NCBI GenBank assembly: GCA_944332295.1
Contig: CALVJR010000002.1
Coordinates: 3,555-67,554, forward strand
DNA: 64,000 bases
Reading direction: 5' to 3'
DNA from: an uncultured Bacilli bacterium
GTDB taxonomy: Bacteria > Bacillota_I > Bacilli_A > RF39 > UBA660
Positions 30,640-38,594 of the stretch are shown piece after piece (within the stretch, counting starts at the first letter, position 1; the number at the start of each line of letters is the position of its first letter). A program made the translations under genes and the position numbers. Under the pieces are notes generated by a model that was not told where the DNA came from, did not search any database, and saw only the letters and a program-made list of their open reading frames with translations.

Positions 30640-31829
30640 AAAAAATAGAATTACTTTCTCCTGCTGGAGATTTGGAACGATTAAAAGTTACTTTGTTATA
30701 TGGGGCAGATGCTGTTTATATTGGTGGAGAAAAATATGGACTTAGAGCGAATGCTACGAATTTTACAATTGAACAAATTAGAGAAGGATGTAGTTTTGCC
30801 CATGATTTAGGAAAGAAAGTATATCTTACTTTAAATATTGTTTTTCATAATGAAGATATGGATGGAGTAGAAGAGTATATTTCTTCTGTAGTTGATTGTG
30901 GAATTGATGCTTTTATTGTTAGTGATCCGTTTATCATTTCTTATATTAAATCTCATTTTTCGCAAGTAGAAGTTCATTTGTCTACACAGGATTCTACTAC
31001 GAATTATAAAGCAGTGGAGTATTTTCAGAAAGAGGGAGTCGATCGTGTTGTTTTAGCTCGAGAAGTATCTTTAAATGAGATGAAGGAAATTATCGATAAG
31101 ACTGGTATTGATATTGAAGTGTTTATTCATGGTGCAATGTGTACTTGTTATAGTGGAAGATGTGCTTTATCCAATTATGTTACTAATCGTGATGCTAATC
31201 GTGGAGGATGTGCTCAAGTTTGTAGATTTTCTTTTGCAGTAGATGGTAAGAAGGATTTTACTTTTGCTACTAAGGATAATAATTTAGCGAGATATATTGG
31301 TCAGTTAATTGATATTCATGTTACCAGTTTAAAAGTCGAAGGTCGTATGCGTTCTTTATATTATCTAGCAACAGTGATTGGTACTTACCGAGAGATTATT
31401 GATCGTTATTATGCTGGAACATTGACAGAAGATAAATTGAAGGTACTTGAAGAAAGACTTGCTAGAGTTGCGAATCGTGAGGTTTCTACGCATTATTTAC
31501 TTAAAGAGGCAGATGCCAGTGATCAATATTATACTGGTAGAAATGAAGCTAGTAATCAAGACTATTTAGGACAAGTTATTTCTTATGATAAAGAAAAGAA
31601 GTTAGTAAAGTTTTATGAGAGAAATTATTTTGAGGTAGGAGATAGGGTAGAGTTATTTACTCCTTCTGGAGATAGGGTATCATTTTTGGTAGATAAGTTA
31701 TATGATCAAGATATGAATCTAGTAACGGTTGCTAGACATCCAGATAATATTTATTATTTATCTTTAGATACGGATATTTCTATTGCTACTTATTCTATGA
31801 TACGACTACTTCATTCTAATAAGAGGTGA
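30636..31829 (+). CDS. Peptidase U32-family protein (YrrO-like)
   Basis: IELLSPAG N-terminus, EVHLSTQ, and a GAMCTCYSGRCALSNY cysteine cluster characteristic of U32 proteins. ATGA overlap with the previous gene. Confidence 0.85.
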   Translation: MKKIELLSPAGDLERLKVTLLYGADAVYIGGEKYGLRANATNFTIEQIREGCSFAHDLGKKVYLTLNIVFHNEDMDGVEEYISSVVDCGIDAFIVSDPFIISYIKSHFSQVEVHLSTQDSTTNYKAVEYFQKEGVDRVVLAREVSLNEMKEIIDKTGIDIEVFIHGAMCTCYSGRCALSNYVTNRDANRGGCAQVCRFSFAVDGKKDFTFATKDNNLARYIGQLIDIHVTSLKVEGRMRSLYYLATVIGTYREIIDRYYAGTLTEDKLKVLEERLARVANREVSTHYLLKEADASDQYYTGRNEASNQDYLGQVISYDKEKKLVKFYERNYFEVGDRVELFTPSGDRVSFLVDKLYDQDMNLVTVARHPDNIYYLSLDTDISIATYSMIRLLHSNKR

Positions 31830-31833
31830 TAGT

Positions 31834-32958
31834 ATGGATCAATTTGATGTGATTAAAGAAAACTTTTTAGCTATTGAGAAGACGTATTCTCCTTATGCAA
31901 CGAAAAGTAGTGAGATGGTTCGCTTTTTTCCTATTGAAGATGATATTAGGGCACCTTTCTTTCGTGATGTTGACCGTATTATTCATGCGTTAAGTTATAC
32001 AAGATATGCGGATAAGACTCAGGTTTATTCTTTTAAAGAAAATGATCATATTAGTGAGAGAATGTTACATGTTCAATTAGTTAGTAAGGTTGCTAGAACA
32101 ATTGGTAGAGCACTTAATCTTAATTGTGATTTGATTGAGGCCATTGCTTTGGGACATGATGTTGGTCATACACCTTTAGGGCATACTGGAGAGGCGTTGT
32201 TAAATGAAATTTCTATGCAAGAGTTAGGAGAAGTGTTTGCTCATAATATTCAAGGTGTTCGTCATTATATGGAGGTTGAAAATTTTGGAGAAGGTCTTAA
32301 TCTAACTGTTCAAGTTTTGGATGGGATTATGTGCCATAATGGAGAGATGTTATCTAATGTTTATAAACCTGTTAAGAAGACGAAAGAGGAGTTTTTGTTA
32401 CAATATCAGAATGCTTATCATGACTTAGAAACATCTAGTCACAATCGTCCTATGACTTTGGAAGGTTGTGTTGTTAGAATTAGTGATATTATTGGTTATA
32501 TTGGTCGTGATATTGAGGATGCTATTGAATTAGGTTTATTTAAGAGGAATGAACTTCCTAAAGAAATTACGGATGTTTTAGGAAATACGAATAGTCAAAT
32601 TATGAATACTATTATTTTAGATATTATAGAGAACAGTTTAGATAAGCCTTATATTGCTTTAAGTGATAAAGTTTATCGTGCTTTATTTGCTTTAAAGAAG
32701 TTTAATGGTAAAAATATTTATAGTAAAAGTATGAGTTCTAAAGATATTGCATATTACCGAGAAGGAATGAATAAGATATATCATCTTTATCTAAATGATA
32801 TTCAAAATAAAAATACATCTAGTATCATCTATACATTGTTTTTAAATTCTCAAAGTATCAGATATCTTACTTCTACAAGTCATAAACGTATGGTCATTGA
32901 TTTTATTGCTGGAATGACTGATGATATGTTTATACGTGAGATTGAAAAAGCAAGATAG
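31834..32958 (+). CDS. HD-domain dNTP triphosphohydrolase-like protein
   Basis: HD motif LGHDVGHTPLGH and the dGTPase-like organisation (RSDIIGYIGRDIEDA-type second half). Confidence 0.8.
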   Translation: MDQFDVIKENFLAIEKTYSPYATKSSEMVRFFPIEDDIRAPFFRDVDRIIHALSYTRYADKTQVYSFKENDHISERMLHVQLVSKVARTIGRALNLNCDLIEAIALGHDVGHTPLGHTGEALLNEISMQELGEVFAHNIQGVRHYMEVENFGEGLNLTVQVLDGIMCHNGEMLSNVYKPVKKTKEEFLLQYQNAYHDLETSSHNRPMTLEGCVVRISDIIGYIGRDIEDAIELGLFKRNELPKEITDVLGNTNSQIMNTIILDIIENSLDKPYIALSDKVYRALFALKKFNGKNIYSKSMSSKDIAYYREGMNKIYHLYLNDIQNKNTSSIIYTLFLNSQSIRYLTSTSHKRMVIDFIAGMTDDMFIREIEKAR

Positions 32959-33019
32959 GACTTGCTTTTTTTTTGAAAATATGGTATAATGGTGCTACTT
33001 TCTTGGGAGGAATATATAT

Positions 33020-33730
33020 ATGAAAGATTATTCAGGATTAGATAAAAAATTAGATAAAGAAATGGATAAAAGTACTTATATTACTGATATTGAAACTAAC
33101 AATAGGAAAAATGAAATTCATCTTGCTTTTGCTGACGGGTCTGAGCTTGATAATGTTGCTTTGACTCAGGACAATATTGATAAGATTGAAGAGACTTTAC
33201 AAGGTCAAAAACAGTTTTGGATTCAAAACAAACCTAGATTAGTTCATACACAAAAAGTAGGATTTATAAAAAGAATTACTGCTAGTGTGGTAGCTGCTGC
33301 TGGTACTAGTGCGATTGCTTTACAAACTACGGATAATCCTGCGATTATTGCTACAGTAGCAGGAGCTGTATTTATAGGCGGCTTTTTGATGTCTGTTAAT
33401 TATAGCGTTAAAGCAGGTGAGGTTATTCACGAGATTATAGATTTACAATATCGTGATAGACATGCAGAAGATGTTGAAGCATTTTTGCATACTTCTCCTA
33501 ATGCTTATTTAGCTTTTGATGGAGATGAAGAAGAGCAATATCAGAGAGTTGATGAGATTTATACAATGATGAATAAAGGCGTAAATCCTAATTCTCTTTA
33601 TGTTAGAGAGACTGGTGTAGGGCTTACTGATCAAGAGTTTAAAAATGCAGTCAAGTTAGATGCAAAACAGAAAAAACTTGGACTTACTTATACAGATGGT
33701 TATCATTATCAACCTAAAAATAATGAGTAA
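33020..33730 (+). CDS. Hypothetical membrane protein
   Basis: Two central hydrophobic helices (ASVVAAAGTSAIAL, IIATVAGAVFIGGFLMSV). RBS GGGAGG. No family recognised. Confidence 0.5.
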   Translation: MKDYSGLDKKLDKEMDKSTYITDIETNNRKNEIHLAFADGSELDNVALTQDNIDKIEETLQGQKQFWIQNKPRLVHTQKVGFIKRITASVVAAAGTSAIALQTTDNPAIIATVAGAVFIGGFLMSVNYSVKAGEVIHEIIDLQYRDRHAEDVEAFLHTSPNAYLAFDGDEEEQYQRVDEIYTMMNKGVNPNSLYVRETGVGLTDQEFKNAVKLDAKQKKLGLTYTDGYHYQPKNNE

Positions 33731-33827
33731 TAAATTCTTAAGAATACTACTTGCATAATTTTTTTAAATATGATATACTATCGCAAGTTGAGTTTAAAAA
33801 ATAACACATTAGAGGTGATTAATTATT

Positions 33828-34298
33828 ATGAAAAATAAAAATACAGTTTATTTAACGCAAGAGGGTTTGGATAATTTAAAAAACGAGTTGGATGATTTGA
33901 TTAATGTAAGACGTCCAGAAAATGTTCAAGCAATTAAAGAAGCTCGTGCGTTAGGTGATTTATCAGAGAATGCCGAATATGATGCTGCTCGTAATGAACA
34001 AGCGGTTATTGAAGCTAGAATTAAACAACTTGAAAAAATGTTAGAAAATGTATCTATTATTGCTGATGTTTCTACTGATTCTGTTGGTATTGGTAATACA
34101 GTATCTATTAAATATGTAGATGATGATGAAGAGGATGAGTATAAAATAGTAGGTAGCCAAGAAGCTGATCCGTTTGAAAGTAAGATATCTAACGAAAGCC
34201 CTATTGCTCAAGCTTTATTTAACCATAAAGTTGGTGATATTGTTACTGTTAATAGCCCTAATGGTGCTTATCAAGTTGAAATTATTGGTATTGAATAA
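33828..34298 (+). CDS. greA: Transcription elongation factor GreA
   Basis: LTQEGLDNLKNELDDL coiled-coil N-terminus with the acidic tip DLSENAEYDAA; 156 aa. Confidence 0.93.
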   Translation: MKNKNTVYLTQEGLDNLKNELDDLINVRRPENVQAIKEARALGDLSENAEYDAARNEQAVIEARIKQLEKMLENVSIIADVSTDSVGIGNTVSIKYVDDDEEDEYKIVGSQEADPFESKISNESPIAQALFNHKVGDIVTVNSPNGAYQVEIIGIE

Positions 34299-34328
34299 AT
34301 GAAGATTTTCTTCATTTATTTTTTTTTT
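34297..34328 (+). terminator. Rho-independent terminator after greA (left boundary of the Tad/T4SS locus)
   Basis: 9-bp stem aaatgaaga / tcttcattt, 3-nt loop, then a T-run of at least 10 nt. Confidence 0.75.
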
Positions 34329-34398
34329 GATAAAATAACTTTTAAAAAAAGTAAAAGTACGGTATACTGATTATAATGTAAGAATAGAGGGTGTTTTT

Positions 34399-35955
34399 AT
34401 GATCATTAGAAAGCCGTACGCATTTTTAATTAAAAACTTTAAAAAGATACATATCTTTTTATTACTTTTATGTTGCTATATTTATTATAAAAATATGCAG
34501 ACAAGGTCTTTTGTGGATGAGTTTTTACAATTAGGAACGTATGACTCTTATTATGAACCTATTACTGATTATGTTTCAGGACTTGCTATTATCAGTTTGT
34601 TAGTTGTTATTGGTCTTTCCCTTGCATTAGTTATTGTGTTAAGGCATAAGAAAAAGCCATGGAAATTATATATTATTCCTGTTTTATCTTATGCTTTTAT
34701 GTTGGTTGTATTTTTATTTACTATTTCTTATTTTAATGGATATGAGGATGGTACAGGTACTACTGCGATTCGAGCGATTAGTGATTTATTATTTATGAGT
34801 GCTCTTCCTCAATATGTAGTTATTATTATCTTTTTAATTCGTGTCTTTGGAATTGATTTAAATAAATTTGATTTTAAGTCTGATGAAGAATATTTAGAAT
34901 TAAATAGCGAAGATAAAGAAGAAGTAGAAATTAGTATTAATATTGATAAAGAAAGTTTTCGTAGAACATTTAAACGACTTTTAAGAAATATAAAATATGT
35001 CTATGAGGAACATAAATTAATTGTACATGTTTTGGCTGTTATTCTATTAATTATTAGTTTGGCATCTATTTATAATTATGTTTTTATTGTACATAAGGCT
35101 TATCGTGAAGGAGATGTTATAGAAACTAGTGGATACTCTATTGATATTCACCATAGTTATTTTACTAATAAAGATTATCATGGAGAAGTTATTTCTAAAG
35201 GAAGTAATTTTGTTGTTTTAGATATTACTGTTCAAAATAATGTGTCTGAGAGAGAAGTTAATTTTAACCGTTTTCATATTATGAATGGTACACATAATTA
35301 TTCTCCGACTTATCGTACGTATGCTGTTGATTTTCAAGATTTAGGTAATACATATGATAAACTTACTTTAAAAAATGGAGAAAAGGAAAGAATGCTTCTT
35401 GTGTATAAAGTAGATAAAGAATTAGATCCTAATCGTTTTGTTCTTTATTATCAAGAAATTGAGAATAATCAACCATATTTAAGAAAGATTAAGTTAAATA
35501 TGGAGGATTTGAGAAAGGTAGATAAGAAGAAAGAAAAATCTCTAAAGGAAAATCAGATTATTTCTATTGGAGATGATAGTTATTCTTTTTCTATTGAGGA
35601 GTACTTGATTACTAACCAAATTTCTTATAATACAAGGTATTGTTCTAGCGATTATAACTGTTATTCTAAAGCAAATACAGTACAAGCAAAGGATGGTAGG
35701 TTATTATTACAAATTTTATTTACTTCTGGTACATTTACAGGTAAAGATTTCGTTGACTTTTCTATGGAATATGGTAAAATTGTTTATATAGATAATAAAG
35801 GTAAGTCTCATAATGTTTCTATCGTGGATGCTATTAATCGTAGTTATGATGGTAATTATATGTATTTAGAAGTTCCACAAGAGTTGCAGGAGGCTAGCGA
35901 GATTCGGTTGGTATATACAGTTCGAAATAAGGAGTATATTTATAGGTTAAAATGA
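34399..35955 (+). CDS. Polytopic membrane protein with extracytoplasmic DUF4352-like domain (first gene of the locus)
   Basis: 518 aa with about 5 N-terminal TM helices and a further TM near residue 210. The following domain carries a DUF4352-type signature (GSNFVVLDITVQNNVSEREVNFNRF). RBS AGAGGGTG. Confidence 0.55.
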   Translation: MIIRKPYAFLIKNFKKIHIFLLLLCCYIYYKNMQTRSFVDEFLQLGTYDSYYEPITDYVSGLAIISLLVVIGLSLALVIVLRHKKKPWKLYIIPVLSYAFMLVVFLFTISYFNGYEDGTGTTAIRAISDLLFMSALPQYVVIIIFLIRVFGIDLNKFDFKSDEEYLELNSEDKEEVEISINIDKESFRRTFKRLLRNIKYVYEEHKLIVHVLAVILLIISLASIYNYVFIVHKAYREGDVIETSGYSIDIHHSYFTNKDYHGEVISKGSNFVVLDITVQNNVSEREVNFNRFHIMNGTHNYSPTYRTYAVDFQDLGNTYDKLTLKNGEKERMLLVYKVDKELDPNRFVLYYQEIENNQPYLRKIKLNMEDLRKVDKKKEKSLKENQIISIGDDSYSFSIEEYLITNQISYNTRYCSSDYNCYSKANTVQAKDGRLLLQILFTSGTFTGKDFVDFSMEYGKIVYIDNKGKSHNVSIVDAINRSYDGNYMYLEVPQELQEASEIRLVYTVRNKEYIYRLK

Positions 35956-35965
35956 GGAGAGTTCT

Positions 35966-37774
35966 ATGGCTATGGATAAGAAGAAGATGACGAAGCATCT
36001 TAAATTGGCAATTGTTATTATTGTGGTAGTATTATTTATATGGTTCTTAGTATTAAATCCTTTACTTACTTTTAAAGGGTATGAAAACCAAGTAGAAGAT
36101 GCAGCTAAGAGATATTTTGAAATTAATTCTAGTCAATTACCAACCGGAACTAGAGTTAAGACACTTAGTGTTCAAGAATTATTTAATCAAGCTTATTTAA
36201 AAGATGATTTTTACGTTCCATTTTCTAAAAAACCTTGTTCTATTACGGAAAGTTGGGTAAAAGTTAGAAGAGAGGATGGAGAATATAAGTATTATACGTA
36301 TTTAAAATGTGGAGTAATATCTTCTATTGTTGATCATAAAGGTCCAGAGATTACTTTAAATGGTGATGATTCTATTACGATTGATCAAGGAAGTAAATAT
36401 GAAGAGTTAGGAGTTAAAAGTGTTGTTGATAACTCTGATGGTAAAATGAATATAGATGATGTTACTATTGATTCTAGTGATGTTAATACTGATGTTACAG
36501 GTACTTATGAAGTTGTTTATAGTATTAAAGATAGTTTAAATAATGAGACAAAAAAAGTAAGGACAGTCAAAGTTGTTTCTAGATTAGAAAATTTAGTTAA
36601 GAAAGCAACGAATGATTCGGGTACTTATACTGGTGCTAATCCAAATAATTATATGTACTTTTCTGGAATGCTATTTAGAATTATTGGTCTTGATGGTGAT
36701 AATGTAAGAATTGTCGCAGAACAAGATGTTAGTAACGTTAATTATTCTGCTATTGATGAATGGTTAGATTATTACTATGATCATTTAACGAAAGAGTCTA
36801 AGAAGTATATTGTTGAAAATAAATATTGTGATATGACTGCTGATGATGGAAGCATAGGTAGTGTTACTGAATGTAGTTCTTATACAGATTCTCAGAATGT
36901 TTCTATTTTATCAGCTAGCGATATTAATAAAGTTGGTCCTATTTCTGATAATTATTTGTTTCCTAATAGTATTTCCTGGGTGAGAAATAGTAAAAATAAA
37001 TCTGAAGCTTATACTGTTAGAAATCGTTTCTATAATACAGAGTCTAAGTATATGAGCTTTAGTAAAGATTTTAATTTTGGAGTACGTCCGGTTATTACTA
37101 TTAAAGGTGATACATTAGTAGTAGATGGTGATGGAACTCGTGAGAATCCTTATTCTATAGGAGATTTTACTTATGCAAAAACTAATGATTTAGTTAATAC
37201 TCGTTATACTGGTGAATATATTTCTTATTCTGGTATTTTATGGAGAATTATTGATGTAGATAATGATGGTACTACCAAAGTTATTGCTAATACAACACTT
37301 TATAATAACGGTGAGAGAGTGTTGACATTCTATAATACTGATGCTACTGCTAAAATATATAATCCTACTCAGAGTGGTAATGTAGGGTACTTTATTAAAA
37401 ATCAAGCAAGTCAATTTATTGATACAGAATATTTTGTAAATAAACAAATAGAAGTACCAATTTATAAAAATGATATTAAGTATGGACAAGAGAGTACTAC
37501 TAAAAAATATAAAGTAAAACTTTCTGCTCCTAATATGTATGAAATGTTTAGTGCTTTTGATTATAATGATAAAGCAATGAAGTCTTATTGGTTAATCAAT
37601 TCTTCTAGAAAACAATATACAAAAGCGGTTGTTTCTGATATTGGAGTTGTAATGTATGGTGATTTATATGATTATGATGAGTATGGAGTACGTCCAGTTG
37701 GATATTTAGATAAAGATTGTGTTATTGTTCGTGGTCAAGGAACTATGGATAATCCATACACGATAACAAAGTGA
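35966..37774 (+). CDS. Membrane-anchored surface protein (Ig-like DUF5011-type domain plus two WRII repeats); paralog of 59935-61116
   Basis: N-terminal TM, then a Cys-pair domain ending LKCG. The Ig-like segment (GPEITLNGDD...TGTYEVVYSIKD...VRTVKVV) is followed by two repeats with LFRIIGLDGDN / LWRIIDVDNDG cores, each ending G.GT..NPY.I. Confidence 0.6.
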   Translation: MAMDKKKMTKHLKLAIVIIVVVLFIWFLVLNPLLTFKGYENQVEDAAKRYFEINSSQLPTGTRVKTLSVQELFNQAYLKDDFYVPFSKKPCSITESWVKVRREDGEYKYYTYLKCGVISSIVDHKGPEITLNGDDSITIDQGSKYEELGVKSVVDNSDGKMNIDDVTIDSSDVNTDVTGTYEVVYSIKDSLNNETKKVRTVKVVSRLENLVKKATNDSGTYTGANPNNYMYFSGMLFRIIGLDGDNVRIVAEQDVSNVNYSAIDEWLDYYYDHLTKESKKYIVENKYCDMTADDGSIGSVTECSSYTDSQNVSILSASDINKVGPISDNYLFPNSISWVRNSKNKSEAYTVRNRFYNTESKYMSFSKDFNFGVRPVITIKGDTLVVDGDGTRENPYSIGDFTYAKTNDLVNTRYTGEYISYSGILWRIIDVDNDGTTKVIANTTLYNNGERVLTFYNTDATAKIYNPTQSGNVGYFIKNQASQFIDTEYFVNKQIEVPIYKNDIKYGQESTTKKYKVKLSAPNMYEMFSAFDYNDKAMKSYWLINSSRKQYTKAVVSDIGVVMYGDLYDYDEYGVRPVGYLDKDCVIVRGQGTMDNPYTITK

Positions 37775-37805
37775 GCAGGTGAAGATAGTGAAGCGGAGAA
37801 GTAAG

Positions 37806-38594
37806 ATGATAATTATGAAAAAAAAGAAGTTATTTCTACTTTTAGGAATTCTTTCTTTTTTATGTTTATTAACAGCAATTTTCTTCTTATTATTCTATGA
37901 TTATTATCCGGTAGAAGCTAGGGCAGAAAAACTTGAAGCTTATGCACAAAATGATACTGAAGACTATACTACGACAGGTTGGATTAGAGTGCAGGGTACA
38001 GATATTGATTATCCAGTTATTTATGCTCCCGGATATGACTTTAGTGGTAAGACAGATAATTTTGCTTGGAATGAGATTAATAGTGATGAATTGTTAAATC
38101 AAGTTACTATTAGTGGTCATAATATTTTGAATCTTTCTAAGAATCCCTTAGTTGCTGATAAAAATCATCAAAGATTTGAACAGTTAATGAGTTTTACATA
38201 TTTGGATTTCGTAAAAGATAATAAATATATTCAATATACTTTTAAAGGTCAAGATTATATTTATAAAATATTTTCAGTTTCTTATACTGAACATGATAAT
38301 ATTCCTAAGTTTACTAGGGAAAATCTTACATCAGAAGAGATGAATGATTATATTAAGCAATCACTTGAAGATAGTATCTTTAAGTTTGATATAGATGTAA
38401 ATGAAAATGATAAAATTTTATCTTTAGTTACTTGTACTAGAATGTATGGACGTTATAATGATATTGAGTTTAAAGTAGATGCTAGATTAGTGCGTGATGG
38501 TGAATTGAAATTAAATTATGATGTATCTGAGACAGAAAAGTATCAAGAAGTTAAAGATATTATGGAAGGCGGGGAATATAATGCAAAAGCATAA
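37806..38594 (+). CDS. Class B sortase-like transpeptidase
   Basis: N-terminal TM, GWIRVQGTDIDYPVIYA (SrtB-type N-region), His in ISGHNI, TLxTC-type LVTCTR, and Arg in KVDARLV. ATG is 7 nt after GGAG. Confidence 0.7.
   Translation: MIIMKKKKLFLLLGILSFLCLLTAIFFLLFYDYYPVEARAEKLEAYAQNDTEDYTTTGWIRVQGTDIDYPVIYAPGYDFSGKTDNFAWNEINSDELLNQVTISGHNILNLSKNPLVADKNHQRFEQLMSFTYLDFVKDNKYIQYTFKGQDYIYKIFSVSYTEHDNIPKFTRENLTSEEMNDYIKQSLEDSIFKFDIDVNENDKILSLVTCTRMYGRYNDIEFKVDARLVRDGELKLNYDVSETEKYQEVKDIMEGGEYNAKA

Noticed and set aside
37750-37774. C-terminal NPYTITK / KPYTIK (also 61093-61116) as bona fide sortase B sorting signals
   Set aside because: There is no hydrophobic segment or basic tail after the motif. 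G.GT..(D/N)PY.I is also a common domain-boundary motif in surface proteins. It is retained only as a low-confidence idea in the sortase finding.
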